The notes under the pieces are model-generated. The model saw only the letters and a list, made by a program, of their open reading frames with translations. It did no database searches and was not told where the DNA came from. From Chara braunii (taxonomy: Eukaryota; Plantae; Charophyceae): a DNA stretch of 64,000 bases. The position numbers and the translations under genes are program-made. Below are positions 22,123-35,673 of this stretch, piece after piece (the first letter of the stretch is position 1; every line of letters starts with the position of its first letter). The stretch is from contig BFEA01000001.1 of assembly GCA_003427395.1 (NCBI GenBank), positions 7,977,639 to 8,041,638 of the forward strand, in the 5' to 3' direction.

Positions 22123-23430
22123 CTTTTTTTTTTCTTTTTTTTCTTTTTAAGACTCTTGAGGCCATACTAAGACGAGCGGTAAGAGCAGCCCCTCTTAGTA
22201 GTACCCAATTTGGTCACTCCATCTATCGGTGGGTAGCTACACCCCTGGAAACCGAGTCCAGTGTCCCTTTTTGAACAATTTGAAATGTAAGGAACAACCC
22301 AAGACGAAATTAATATGAGTGTGAGATGGACCTCTTCACCCTAACTTGGGTGCCAGAAGAAACCAATCAACCAAGCCCCTTTTAGCTACTCACCCGATGG
22401 TATCTATCTTCACAATCATTATGTGTCTCCCTGCCCAAACCATGAAACTGGGACCAAGACCTTTTCATGCAGCGGGAAGGGGTCTGGGAATTTCGTGAGC
22501 TGTCTCAAGGATATATTGTATGATCTATTGTGCACCAATCTACAAAGCAAATTCTGTAGAATTTGGTGATTTCCCCTTCAGTACCCTCTGCCTCCACTTT
22601 CCATACAACTTTCCCTATTTTGCCTCCCTATTTTCCTCCAAGTCAATTAGAGCTGAATTTTTGTATGTTAATCATGATTTCCTTCTTGTTGAATAAGTGT
22701 TGGATCCTCTCCTTCATAACCTCTCACTGCCTGATAATATCCAGCTGAATTTGTTCTTTGATGTTTTCCGTAAATTTTGGGCCATCTAGCCTGACTCCTT
22801 TCCATTCATAAGTGCACCTTCTTTGCCAGATGGCCAAAGTATGGCCCTTCTTGCTATTATGAAGATATTTTTTGTGAAATCGTTGCATGTATCGGCCTCC
22901 CATACTTCCAAGAGCAGGGGCTTCCATCCCCATGACCATCTTGCCTCTGTCTCTAGTTGGAAAAGTAAACAAACTTCAATTTTTGGAAGGACTTTAATCA
23001 TTAACAATGTCATACTTGCCTTTATTTGATACAAATCAGCTATATGGGTTTTGGGCAGAAAAACAACAAAGAATCTTCAACAACAACTTCGAGCATTCTT
23101 ATGGAGAGGAAATTATGAGCATCTCCATGTGATTAGCAGAGTAGTCTGATCTGCAATCACCCAACCCAAATCAAAAGGAGGACTGGGGATCATTGATCAT
23201 ATTACTCAAGTAATGACCCTTTCCATCCAATGGATCAAGAGACTCCTCTTTGGCCCTCAAACCCCCTAGAGCTCCCTAGCACTGGAACATATCAAGAGGT
23301 TAGCTCCCCCAACCACTGAGGAAGTTGACCCCCTTATATGGATAGAAAATCGGTCATGGACCCTCCCCAAGGGAAAAAACAGGTGACAGTAGGAAAGACT
23401 GCTCACCAAGAGAGAGGCCGCCAGAGTCGA
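22123..23430 (-). mobile_element. Truncated L1-like insertion with inverted 5' segment
   Basis: Poly(T) at 22123-22148, 3' structured motif at 22215-22267, minus-strand ORF2 remnants to ~22945, then plus-strand 'WKSKQTSIFGRTLIINNVIL..KGGLGIID'. Confidence 0.6.
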
Positions 23431-23471
23431 CCTGAACAAAAATTCATTTCGTATCTTGGAGGAGACTACCA

Positions 23472-24724
23472 TTACCGCCATAACTCGGAGCGGTACTCAA
23501 GGGGAAGGCTGGCCAAGAAACGGTCGATGAGGGCAGCCTCGGGGAGGAATGCTACATCATAAATGAGGCGGGCATCCTGAAAGACCTGGATGTGGCGGTC
23601 CAGGTCGGCAGCGCCACCAGAGTCGGACCAGCGTGTGCTGACAACGCGCTCGAAGGCGTCAGTGACGTCATGTCGGGCTCCGAAGTGGTCCTCGAGAAGC
23701 GCCTGAAAATCCATGAAGGTCGGGGTCCGACCCTCATGAAGGGAGTGCGCGTAGAATTCCTCCCAGGCGTCGAAAGGACCGCCAAGCAGGCACGTGGAGA
23801 GGTGAGTCACCCACGTGTAAGGTGGGGCGCCCATGAGCTGGAGCGTGCGGGTGGCAGACTGCAGCCACCGAGACACGCGTATCCCTGTACCATCGTACAA
23901 GGCAATGTCCGTCAAGCGGACGAGTGGTGCGCCACCGTTTTGGCGGCGAGGGGATCGAGGAGCAGAGGTCAGCGTTACGATTAAGTAAGTCGGCGCAGGT
24001 CCTGAAGAAAGGGGCGCAACTGACTGTACGTCCGGGCCGCACGGGGGAGCGGTGGGGCCAACAGCGACAGGCTACGAGGGAGCTGCGGTGGAAGAGGTCG
24101 CAGCAACCGAGGGAATAGGAAGAAGGTAGGATGGGGCTGGATAGGGTGCAGGGCGAGGGAAGCGAGCCTGCATGGAAGGAAGAGTAGAGGAAGAAGGGGG
24201 TGCGCCCGAAGGCGCGACCACCTGTGAGGGTGGGGTGGCTGAAGGCGTAAGAGGGCGAGGTCGGCCCGGTTCTGGGCAAGCTCGTCCTCGAGACGTCAAA
24301 CGTAGATCAAGCAATGAGTAGCAGGAGGAAGAGTGGGGGAAGTGGACGCACAAGCAGCGCGGGGCATCCCACAGGGGGGAGAGTCAGGTGACGCTGCGGT
24401 CGTGCGAAGGGGAGGGAGAAGCGGGGCACCCGAAAAAGTTGAGACCACGGCAGGGGGTTGTGGTCCCGTGGCCGTAGCGACCGGAATCTAGGCGGGTGTG
24501 CCCGTAGAGTGGGGGAAGGTCTGGCCCATGGCAGCTATCGCGCTAGGAGTGTGGACAGTCACTAGGATGGTCGGGTCGGGGGCGGCAGAGGAGGAAGCTC
24601 CGCCGTGGCCACCATGTCGAAGAACGGGGGACCCGGACTGGGAGCCAGGAGAAGAGAGAGAGGGGGGAGAGGAAGGACGGTCGGCGTCCTGGAGTTGCTG
24701 CAGGTCAGCGGCAAGAGTCGCCAT
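23472..24724 (-). pseudogene. Retrotransposon Gag-like fragment
   Basis: ORF 23472-23915 reads 'YDG..VSRWL..LLGGPFDAW..TFMDFQALLEDHF..LIDRFLASLP', a capsid-like pattern. GC-rich upstream ORF pieces. Confidence 0.7.
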
Positions 24725-25294
24725 TTGTGTTTGTAAGGGCGCAAAGAGGGGGTGATGAGGGTTTGCAGATCCCCCTGGGGCTGATGGCCCTAGTCCGTTG
24801 GCACGGGTGTGGAGCCCGATGTCGAGATCGTCGCCGCCTCGGCGGCTTGTGACACGCCGTCGGCCATGGGGATGTAACGGGCCGGACTAGAGAGGGTCGG
24901 GGGAGGTCCGCGTGAGCGGAGGGTGTAGGGGGAGGTCTGCGATAGAAGGCGACGGGCGGCGCTAGTAAATCGAGCGNNNNNNNNNNNNNNNNNNNNNNNN
25001 NNNNNNNNNNNNNNNNNNNNNNNNNNNNNNNNNNNNNNNNNNNNNNNNNNNNNNNNAAACCCTAGAAAAACCCTCAGAAAACCCTAACCGGGGTTCGAGT
25101 GGTTAGGGTAGGGTACCGGTGACCTAATTAAGAAAACAAAATAGCAAGCATAGGGGGGGAGGCCGGAGGAAAAATAAATAAACAGCGAAATTTTGAGAAA
25201 AAAATAAAACTAAATAAGAAAATAAATATATAATAAAAATAATTAAAGAAATAAGAAAACAAAATGTGAAGCGAGAAATAATATTTATTTTTTT

Positions 25295-25670
25295 AGAATA
25301 TTCGGCAGCGTTTCCCTAAACCCCATGGGGTCCAGAATGTGCTAAGGGAAAGGAGAGACCAAGATAAGCACACTAGGTTTCAAAATGCTGCAAATTAAAA
25401 TTTTCAGAAAATAAATAAAGAAATAAATAAGTAGATGAGGAGGTGAAGAAAAATTAAGCGTTGGATTTTTCAAAAATTTCGGAAGCATTTCGTTACCCCC
25501 ATGGGGCCGAAGTGTGTCGTCAAGAAGAAAAGCTAAGTAAAATGAGAAGATATTGCCAGCACCGTGCTACCCCCAAGGGTTCAAAATGTGTTAAAAAAGA
25601 CTAAGTGAAAAACAAACAGAAAATTTCGGCAGCACTTCGTTACTCCCACGGGGTCGGAATGTGTGCCGAA
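25295..25670 (+). repeat. Four dispersed ~45-bp subrepeats (TTCGGCAGC...CCCCATGGGGTC.GAATGTG) in AT-rich DNA
   Basis: Copies near 25300, 25480, 25555 and 25625. Confidence 0.6.
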
Positions 25671-26299
25671 AGCAAGAATGACTAACGCCTAATCAAATTT
25701 AAGGGTGCCGCAAAGAAATTTGAATTTCCAAAGTAAAATAAAAATAAAATGAAAGAAATCAGAAAATGAGAAAAGAAGGTGGGAAATAAGATAATTCGGA
25801 TTTTTGGAGAAAGGAGGAAATATAAATCAAAAGAAAGATAAAAAGAAGAAAAACAGAAAATTTCGAAGTTGGGGGAAAAGGGAATGGCAAGTTGAAGGAA
25901 AAAGGGGGAAATAGGTGGGAGAGAGAAAAAGAGTGAAGGGGGAGAAGGAGATGGGGTTGTAGTTGGGGGAGAAAAGGCCGAGAGAATGGGAGAGAAAGAG
26001 ATGGGAAAGGTAGAGGGGGATCAAGAAGCAAAGAGAAAAAATGAGAAAGAAAAGAAAATAAATGAATAAAAAATGGGGAGAGGGGTACAAGTAGTGAGGG
26101 TGAGTAGGAGGAAGGGAGTGAGGTAGGGAAAGTGGGTTAGTCGTGAGAGGGAAGAGAGAGGTGATACCTGGCCCTTGGTGTCTCCAAGGGTACAAGGTAT
26201 ACCAAGACCAGGAGGGTCTTGGCCTTCGCTGCCGCAAGCCAGCTGGAGGAGAGAGGGGCTCACAAGCGGTTATCGGATAGCTGAAAATTCAGGAATGAA

Positions 26300-26700
26300 A
26301 ATTCTGAAGTGAGAGTTTTTGGCAGTTTGAAAATCTTGAATAATCCTAAAGTGGTGAAAGGTCCGAAGACCCTGAAAACCACCTGTTTAGGCAGGCTGCA
26401 TCCTGCAGTGGTGAAGGGTGTCCTGAAGTGGTCAAGTGAGAGTTTTTGGCAATCTAAAAATCCTGAATGGTCCTGAAGTGGTGAAAGGTCCGAAGACTAT
26501 GAAAACCACCCTTCACCACTTGAGGATGCAACCTGCCTAAACATGTGGTTTTCAGGGTCTTCGGAGCTTTCACCACTTCAAGACCATTCAGGATTTTCAT
26601 ACCTGAATAGTCCTGAAGTGGTGAAAGGTCCGAAGACCCTGAAAACCACCTGTTTAGGCAGGCTGCATCCTGAAGTAGTGAAGGGTGTCCTGAAGTGGTG
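26300..26700. repeat. Direct and inverted ~88-bp repeat cluster (foldback)
   Basis: Direct copies at 26345-26431 and 26612-26699; inverted copy at 26509-26597. Confidence 0.85.
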
Positions 26701-26912
26701 ATGAAAAATACGACTGTTGTTAACCTTCTCTCGAGGGGCTGAGATCTTGATCAGCCCCTAGCAGCAGTACTGCAAATCTGCAGATCCAGGGTATGTTGTG
26801 TGAGCAGACCCTCACCAGTGTAGAGCAGCCCCCTGATCAGGTGGGTTTTCAATTCCACAGCCAGCTACCACGTGGCACTGCAGATGGCCACGTGCGCAGG
26901 CAGCAGCAGCCA

Positions 26913-26913
<1 letters not shown>

Positions 26914-26959
<46 letters not shown>
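26914..26959 (+). repeat. Poly(G) tract
   Basis: Read directly from the sequence. Confidence 0.9.
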
Positions 26960-26960
<1 letters not shown>

Positions 26961-28355
26961 GGGGGAGGCAAATAGCAGCCCGGCCGTTGCTGGCCGCTGC
27001 TCGTTGGGAAGGGGGGAAAATAGTTGGCATGCACCTCTTCAACAGCTGCGTGCTGCACTACAAAGCAATAAACATAGTGTGGCGAGTGTGTTATGGCAGC
27101 AGCTACGCACGCGCATAGTCAGCAGTTGTCCAAGTTTAAACCTTGGTGGCAACGTGCATCCTGGATTTTGATAATATAAAAGCGGGGGGAGGGGGGGCGA
27201 GGGCGGTGGAGCAGTGTGGCGTGTGTGCGTGTGCACGCGTCATTATGCTGCTTCTCTTTTCGCGCCACGTGCCGCTCCTTGCTGCTGCAGTTTTCTCAAA
27301 AATTCCCGTCGTTTTCCGCCACAAACAACGAAAAACCCCACTGTCAGGTTCTGCTGTTTTCCGTGCTGTGCGGTGTGGCGGGTGGGAGCGGGGAGCGTTC
27401 CCGCTCCGATACCACTGCGGCGGACCCACCAGGTGTGGTGCTCCGCCAGGGATAGAGATGGAGATGGAGGAAGAAGGGGGAGCGAGATGGCACAGTGCAA
27501 CTCCCACGCTAGACTTCAACGCACGTACTCCAAAGTGTGCGAATGTAGAATGATCCGGAAAACAGACAACAACTGGGGTATACCCCAGCGGACTGACGGG
27601 ACTAGACATGACTGGCTGGTACCAACAGAGGTACCGGCCCGGACTGGACTACCCCGAATACAACACAGGCCTGTGAGAACAGGCCAAGGGGCTGGTCTCA
27701 CAGGCCAACCAGAGGTCTGCTACAATCCCGGTCGGATAATTGAGGCCATTCTTATCACCCTTCACTCGCCCTCTTCTAAGCGTCTTCATCCATGTCCAAC
27801 CTTTTCCTTTCCATTTCCTCCTCTTTCGACCTCAAAATTTATTTTGCCCCTTTCTCCTCGCTTCCACCAGTTTCAATCCTTTGCGCTATCGGTGTCAAAA
27901 TTTGTGTCGCTCAGATTCCAAGGGACTCATTCTTCTCGTGTGACCCAAAGCTTGTCCTTTCGTTCATTTCGTAAGTGAGAATGTCACACATGGTCGGCTT
28001 TGACGAGATGGTGCAGAACGCCACTACGAACGAAGGAGCTGGCCAGTTCACCGCAGAGGTGATGTGTTCGGTCCGTAATTGGCAGTTTTCTCTCTTTCTT
28101 TCTCTCTCTCCCTCTCTCTCCCTCTTGCTCTCTCTCGCCTTTTCTCTCCCGTTCTATCTCTCTCTCCCATTCTTTCTCTCTCGCTATCTCTCGTTCTCTC
28201 CCTCTCTCCATCCCCCTTGCTCTCCCTCTTTTAATTGCCCCCCTCTCTCTGAAGCCCCTTTACTTCCTCGCACGATCTCGTATAATATGCATAGGGGACA
28301 ACCTCTTATCTCTTCCTCCATTGAATGACGCGGATGCTATGTGTGCTTATCTATT

Positions 28356-28405
28356 CCCTCTGATGAGCTTAATATTGTGGCTAGTAAGCGAAAAGTACTT
28401 CAGGG
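28356..28405 (+). ncRNA. Minimal type I hammerhead ribozyme
   Basis: CCCT-CTGATGA-GCTTA(13 nt)TAAGC-GAA-AAGTACTT-C-AGGG. Intact core, stems I and II, palindromic stem III. Confidence 0.85.
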
Positions 28406-29494
28406 TTGTGCCACCTTCCCCAACTATATAGCATCTCTCGAAAAAAAAAAAATCACCTACCCCGTTGTGTGGTATTATGGTGGATTTTTTTCATATCGTG
28501 GAGAGTCCTCTCTACCCTTTCCCTTTTTTTCTTCCATCGAACCTTCTTATACTTGAATGCATTGCTAATTTTTTGCTCACCGATATGCTGGATCATTTTG
28601 TTGTCATGTGATGGGTGGTTGTGTGTGCATGTATGAAGACATGGATCAAGGTTGGTCGTATTGGATAATTGAACGATTGTGAGAAGCGGGATGATGTTGT
28701 GAGAAGTGCGGATATTAAGCGGTTGAAGTATTCGTCACGAGTGTTGTCAAAATACGTCATTGGGTCTCCCTTGTACTAAGCATGTGTACAGACGGATAGT
28801 GCCATTAGTTTTTGTACTTAATCTTTTTGCGGCGTACTAAGCCCCGCTGTTTGATTGCATTCGTCGTATTTTGTTACAGAGTCAGCTCCTTATTATTGGT
28901 TGAAGCACACTTTCAATCATATATACATATATTTTGGGGGGTTTGCTTAGAGCATGTTGAATGCCTCCATTTTGGATGAATGACCGATGCCTTGCGATCG
29001 CTTAGTTCTATTATGGGCAGTCCTGCCCTTTGTTATTTGGTTATCCTTATCATTCGTAGAATATTGTAGACCCTGCTAATGCGCTAGATGGGGATGCATG
29101 GTAATCATACTCTGGGGATCTGGGGAAGCAAGCGTGGGTCGACTGAGTAACGACACCCTTCATTGGCGAAGCAGGAAAAGAGGTGGGGAGGATATTTAAT
29201 AAGGGGCTGGGAAGATAGAGGCAGTCTGACACATGTTGCAGGCCAATTGGGCTGGGAAGTGAGGGATTGTGATAGGGAGACTTTCAGAATTTACAGTTAA
29301 GGGAACGTAACACTAATAGAGAAGTTGCATCTTGTAGTATACGAGGAAGCAATCGAGTAAGCTTGCTGTTGAAGTTCTCTGATGGGAGGATGCGCAAATG
29401 GGTGATTGATCAAGCTTGGTCATGCTGGTGCCACGAAACCTGATCCATCATGGCGAATTTTCAAACTGTTATTTTTTTTGATGATTTTTTTACT

Positions 29495-29533
<39 letters not shown>

Positions 29534-30732
29534 TTATTAGTTCATTCGGTAATTGAGAGATTTGTTTTCCTTTGTATACGACGAGCATAAATATTCCCGA
29601 GTGACCTGGCACTTGGGTGTTGGAGACTTACAAGGGGTCGATACTGCAACTACACACGCTGCGTCGGTTTCCATGACCCTGTTAGTAATCTTCATCGTTT
29701 CAATAAAATAAACTAGTTTCACGTGGTCACAATTAGTGGTTATGCTACGGTTCGGCAGTTGAAGTTTTTTCATCATTTCGTCGAAGGAAGTGGAGTCGCA
29801 TTACGAGGTTCTAGTTAAGTATCGCTACTTCAAGCCAGGGACAAACGGGAGTTCGCAGGCAGAGGAGGAGGAGTCAGTCGCTGAGAAGTACAAACACACA
29901 TCGAGTTACCGATAGAAGTAGGGGTATACCAAGAGGGGGGTTGGGCTTTGGAGGAGAGTGGCTCAACGAAGGGAATCTACGGAGATTGAGAGCATGGTGA
30001 ACAATTAAAAAAATAAGGGGGGGTAGTGGATCGAAACATTGGAAATGGATCAGGGGGATATTCACTCGAGGTCTTCACTCGAACTGTATGATTTTACCTT
30101 ATCAGTAGGAGTCAGCGGAGGGCATGATGCAGGGGTGACTGATGCGGAACTGATTCTTTTACTAGGAACTGATAAGTATTACTGGACTCAATGGCAGTAT
30201 CCTGGAGGACCATCTGGCTGCTTGGAGCATATGAGCTACGAACTAATGAGAGATTAGCGGATAGACGTCTTGGTGATAAGCAATGGGGTTGATCATAATG
30301 AAGACTATCCTGTATCCCTATATGTCTAGCCATCATATGTGCAGAATAATCTTTCAGCTGTCATTGTGGAATTGATGGACATAGGCATTTACTCGTCTTC
30401 CTCGGAAGTTCTCCTCCTCAATTCCTCTTCCTCCAGCTTACATCCCTCTTCCTCACTCTTCCCTCTCTCTCTCTCTCTCACCCTCAGGCAGTCTCTGTGA
30501 ATGAAATTAGCCTGCTCAACGCTTCCATGGAATGCATGTGTGTGGTATCAAGGATTGAAGTATTCCTTGTTGCCTGTTCACAGTGTAGCAAGTCTTCGCA
30601 ATATAAGGAATCTATTGGGTTGCATGAGGTGCTCCGAGTTCACCGACAAACTTTCCTACGTTGTTATCCTTCTATGAGAGCACAGTATCTGTGTTGGAGA
30701 TGTTCGCCAAACGTGTATACACATATATCATC

Positions 30733-30757
30733 ACACACACACACACACGCACACACG

Positions 30758-30834
<77 letters not shown>

Positions 30835-32762
30835 GCATATAAAATAAGTTGAAATAAAAAAAGTTTAATAACAAATTAAAAACAAAAAATAAGAGTTAAA
30901 AATATAAATAAAAAATAAAAAGAAGATAATAATAATAAAATCATAAAATCATAAAAAAATAATAAAATAATAAAATAATAAAATAATAAAATAATAAAAT
31001 AATAAAGCTTAATAATAAATTAGAAATTAAAAATTATAATAAATAAATAATAATAATAAAATAATTTTCAAAAAATAATAATAAAATAATAAACTAATAA
31101 CCAGGGTTACCAGCCCATACGTACGGAGGTCCCCGGGCAGACCTCCGTACGTATGGGCGTTCGGGGTCCCGTACGGGGTCAGAACCCGACGGCGTTCGGC
31201 CCCGCCAAAAATTATTTCGGGGCCTAAAAATAATTATTTTTTTGGGAATTGTTTTTTGTGAGTTATCTATGACGTGAGGTACATGCCTGTAAACTTTCAA
31301 GTCATTTGGCTAAGCCCAATAAGAATTAAAAATCGCCAAAGATGGCAGTGTCAAAACGTGCTCGCTTACACATTTTTTTATTTTTTACTTTGTTTTCGCT
31401 TCAGTTCGGGGTCTAAACAATTTTATTATTTTTTTTAACTTTTTTAGTGGGTTTTATATTATGTGAAGTACACATCTGTAAATTTTCAGGGCATTTAGCT
31501 ATGCCAAAAAAAAAATGAAAAATCGCCAAAGATGGCGGTGTCGAAAATATGCTTGCGCACTCACTAAATTTAATTCTCTTTTTATTTTTATTTATTTTTA
31601 GTATTAGTATTTCTTTTTCGTATTTGATTTTTATTTCGAATTTAGTAAGGAAATCGGATGTTTAATTTATTATTCTCCATAACATATCGTTTTTTCAGAT
31701 TTTTTTGATCACTTTTGTTTTTTTTGTTTTTTTCTTTGGGGTCCGCGTTCGGCCCGAACGGCCGAACGCATCCCCAAGGGGTCCCATACGTTCGGGCGTT
31801 CGGGTTCAGGCATTCGGCCTGTCCCGAACGCCGGTTACCCTGCTAATAACATAATAAAATATGAAAATATGGCAAACATTTCTTTCAAGAAAAACTAAAG
31901 GACATGAATAATAATAAAAACCCGAAAACATGTATAAACAGGAAAATAAAGAAAAGGAAACAGATACGACAACAAAAAATGAAACGGCAAAGCAACACCC
32001 CGCAAAGAAAGACACACAAAAAAACAAAAACTCGTGAAGCATCNNNNNNNNNNNNNNNNNNNNNNNNNNNNNNNNNNNNNNNNNNNNNNNNNNNNNNNNN
32101 NNNNNNNNNNNNNNNNNNNNNNNNNNNNNNNNNNNNNNNNNNNNNNNNNNNNNNNNNNNNNNNNNNNNNNNNNNNNNNNNNNNNNNNNNNNNNNNNNNNN
32201 NNNNNNNNNNNNNNNNNNNNNNNNNNNNNNNNNNNNNNNNNNNNNNNNNNNNNNNNNNNNNNNNNNNNNNNNNNNNNNNNNNNNNNNNNNNNNNNNNNNN
32301 NNNNNNNNNNNNNNNNNNNNNNNNNNNNNNNNNNNNNNNNNNNNNNNNNNNNNNNNNNNNNNNNNNNNNNNNNNNNNNNNNNNNNNNNNNNNNNNNNNNN
32401 NNNCACCATACCCATTACAAACCTCACATAACAAGATATAATGAAGCCTGCATGCATTACTATCTACAGCAGCTTGCCTATGACTACACCGGCGCTACAG
32501 AGCATTCCGACTCATACTTGCTATGCATGTGAAAAACTTCCTCATCCCACCATCTTCTCCCAACTGCCTCTTCTCATCCCCCTCGTACTACGCAACCAGG
32601 CGAGCTAACCGTCTGTCTGCAGCGGGCAAGGCACCTTCTTGGGCCGGCCAATCTGTGCTTCGACCAACAGAGCTCCTGATCCATCGCTACGTCGAAGCTC
32701 GACAGCTATGGCAGCTACGGCAGCGACTGACTATGCCGCTTCTCCAGACATGACACCTCAGG
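30733..32762 (+). repeat. Segmental/tandem duplication copy 1 ((CA)n, AT-rich tract, ORF C-terminus)
   Basis: Matches 35608-36952 apart from the hAT MITE. Both copies have a gap at the same position. Confidence 0.85.
31102..31842. mobile_element. Non-autonomous hAT element (MITE)
   Basis: TIRs CAGGGTTACC/GGTTACCCTG. 8-bp TSD CTAATAAC at 31094-31101 and 31843-31850. Empty site at 35920-35927. Confidence 0.92.
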
Positions 32763-32875
32763 TACGGATCCTCTATACCCTTACCCCTAATCGTCCATGT
32801 TGTGTATTCCCACGACCCCCTGACTACAACTCCCTACCACCCTTTGTGCTAATTGGAGCCTTGCTAACGACTAAT

Positions 32876-32926
32876 CCCTCTGATGAGTTGCTATGGGTGC
32901 TAAGCGGCGAAACGCCCGCTTTAGGG
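32876..32926 (+). ncRNA. Degenerate type I hammerhead motif
   Basis: CCCT-CTGATGA-GTTGCT..AGCGGC-GAAA-cgcccgct-TT-AGGG. Stem III is mismatched. Confidence 0.6.
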
Positions 32927-35607
32927 CATGCACCCCCCCTACGGCTGGGCTTTGCCCTTTCCTAATTGCTAACACACTAACATTAGCATCTTAATCATTG
33001 CTCCTGCAATAACTTAAGACCCCTACCTTCACACCCTGTCTACCTCTGCAACATACTTCCTCCATAGCTAAATTGCTATCTAACAACATACTAATGGACG
33101 ATCTTGAGTTGAGTCTTGTTTCCCACATTCTGTGGGATAACTGTGTTACGTACACAACCCCCCACACACACACACCCGGATCTCTAATCTCGTCGCTATT
33201 TAGGGGTCGACTCCCCTACTGGCAGGACTACGCAAACTCAACTAACGGTCCTTCTCCTGAATCTAGTCAAGGATGTGTTGCACTAAACTTATTGCTAACT
33301 TACTCCCCCACCCCCCACCCCCCACCCCCCCCAACCCGGCTGCTACAGACAAATCACAGGCATCTGCACTGCTTATCGAACGGTATACCTGCTCTCCCCA
33401 ACTATACATGACATACAATCTATCCTACTAAACATTGTATACCCAATGTTCTTAACTCTGCCCTGTAAATCCCATTCCCCCGTACTACGTATAAACACTC
33501 ATCTGCCTACCCCGCCCCCCCGCACACCGCATGTTCCGCACCTCATAACCCTGCCCTCCTCTGTCCTCCTAGGAAACCCTAATCTGCTATGCCCCATCTC
33601 TAGCATGTTATCATATGCTCGCATGGGGATGAGAATGCCAGAACATCTGCACGCATAGTAGTAGTATAACTTGTGATTCTTAGTTAGTATGAGTTAGGGA
33701 ATGTTAGTGCAAATTTACAACGGTAGAACATTATTAAACCTTGAATGATCATGGTTTGATCCGTCATGAGATATATGCGCAGTCTGCATTGAAAATAGTT
33801 AAAATAACTATAAGATAACTTTACTACCTTTTTGCTATATCTGGAAGCTAACCGTGAACGCTTGTCAAACACAGATGATGACCTCTCCAAAGTGCCATGA
33901 ACTGTATCGCATAGATGCAAACTTCGATAGACGGTAAAAAACACCTATGGTTGTCTTGGGTACGGGTACGATGATGGAACACCAACCTGCGCCCCTGGTT
34001 CATTTCTAATACACTAGTAATTGAGTAGAAGGTTATCAGATGTTGCAGTATGCGTTTCATACATGTGATCTTCAATAGTTACAGCAATACAATAATGCTA
34101 AGTGATCTGGTATGATCGTGATTATAAGGAACTAGCATAACATAATCATAAATACTCATAATTTTGCAAACCATAATAGGTAACAGGTATGCTACTACAC
34201 GCTAAGATACGCGAAACACTAGTCATGCTCACATATTCTTCCACATAATTTTACCACATTCTATTGCACAAACTCTCCACACCTTCTTCACATGTTCTTT
34301 ACGCACTTTCGCACATACCCTCACGCAGTTGTTCACGAATTGTTGCACGTATGCTTTCACGTTTTTTTCACACTTCCCCCTTCTGTCTCCTCCTAAAACC
34401 GCGTTGATAATTTTTGTGCACTCGAAAAAAACATGTCAACCACCACACCCACTGATAAATGAAAAATGACCGCGCCAACTGCTCTATAAACCTTAGAGCA
34501 AGCCCCCACTCTAAGAAAACTTTTAGCAATTATTACTATTTGTTTACACACTACAATATTTTTTACGCATGTTGTCTCCACGTACTCCTTACGCATCTCC
34601 ACGCACTTTTCACACTTCCATCACAAATTTTCCACACACACTATGCACAGTCTTCACACATTTTTTTGCACACTTGTTTCACACACACGCTCATTGCCTC
34701 ACATGCTCATCACGCATCTTTTCATGCACTATTTTACACATTTGATTGGATTTGGCATTCTTTAATTACAGATTAAGAATAAGGAGCATAAAAAAGTTCA
34801 TAATAAGTGTGTACCTTAATAAACAATAGAGTGGTTACTTCCATTTACTTGTTGCGCATTCCCCACGAAGTTTCTGCACGAACCTCTTCGCAATTTCACG
34901 CAATCCTTCACGCTGGCCTCATAATTTTTCCACACGCCTTGTACGTAGTTTTTCATTTTTTTTCTCATTTTTTTCACGCATTCATCCACATAGTTTCACA
35001 AATCATCTCACGAACTCTTTCACGCATCCTTCACGTATGATTGGGTTTGATATTTCTGAATGACAGATTGATTAATAAGGAGATAGTATAGCTCACAATA
35101 GTGCAAACTGTAATAAGTAACAGGATGGTTATTTAAATCTTTCGAGATATGCGGGATTTAAATCTTTCACAAAGTGCATTTTTTCACGCTTTCTTAACGA
35201 ATTTTTCACACATTGTGTACGCAGTTTTCACGCATTTTTCACGCTCTTTTCACACATTCGTTCACACATTTTCACGTATTATTTCACGCATTCCTTCACG
35301 CATTGTTTCACACATTTTTCACGTACTGTTCCAGACAGCCTGAAAACTACCAACCCTTCTGCTGCTGCCCACATACAGTACTCCAATGGCTCAAAAACAA
35401 CCACACCCGACGCTAATCAGAACCCCACATCGCTTAAAAAAATAATAATAATAATTAAAATACACTCGTGTGTGTGCAAACCCAATAAAACTGCTGGCTT
35501 GGTTCGGATGGAGGACCTACCCCGGATAGGGTAGGTCCTAAAATCCTTCCAAAAGACATAGTGACCTACCCCATCCGGACCTCCATTACGAGGGAACGGG
35601 GAGGGAC

Positions 35608-35615
35608 ACATACAC

Positions 35616-35673
<58 letters not shown>

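Noticed and set aside
25057-25088. AAACCCTA telomere-like repeats
   Set aside because: Only two or three spaced telo-box motifs, not a telomeric array.
26793-27978. Gly/Pro-rich and 254-aa ORFs
   Set aside because: Products of poly(G) and GC-rich repeat DNA; no domain signal.
28990-30400. Possible host exons or transposase remnant
   Set aside because: No sustained frame or recognisable motif; cannot be supported without a search.
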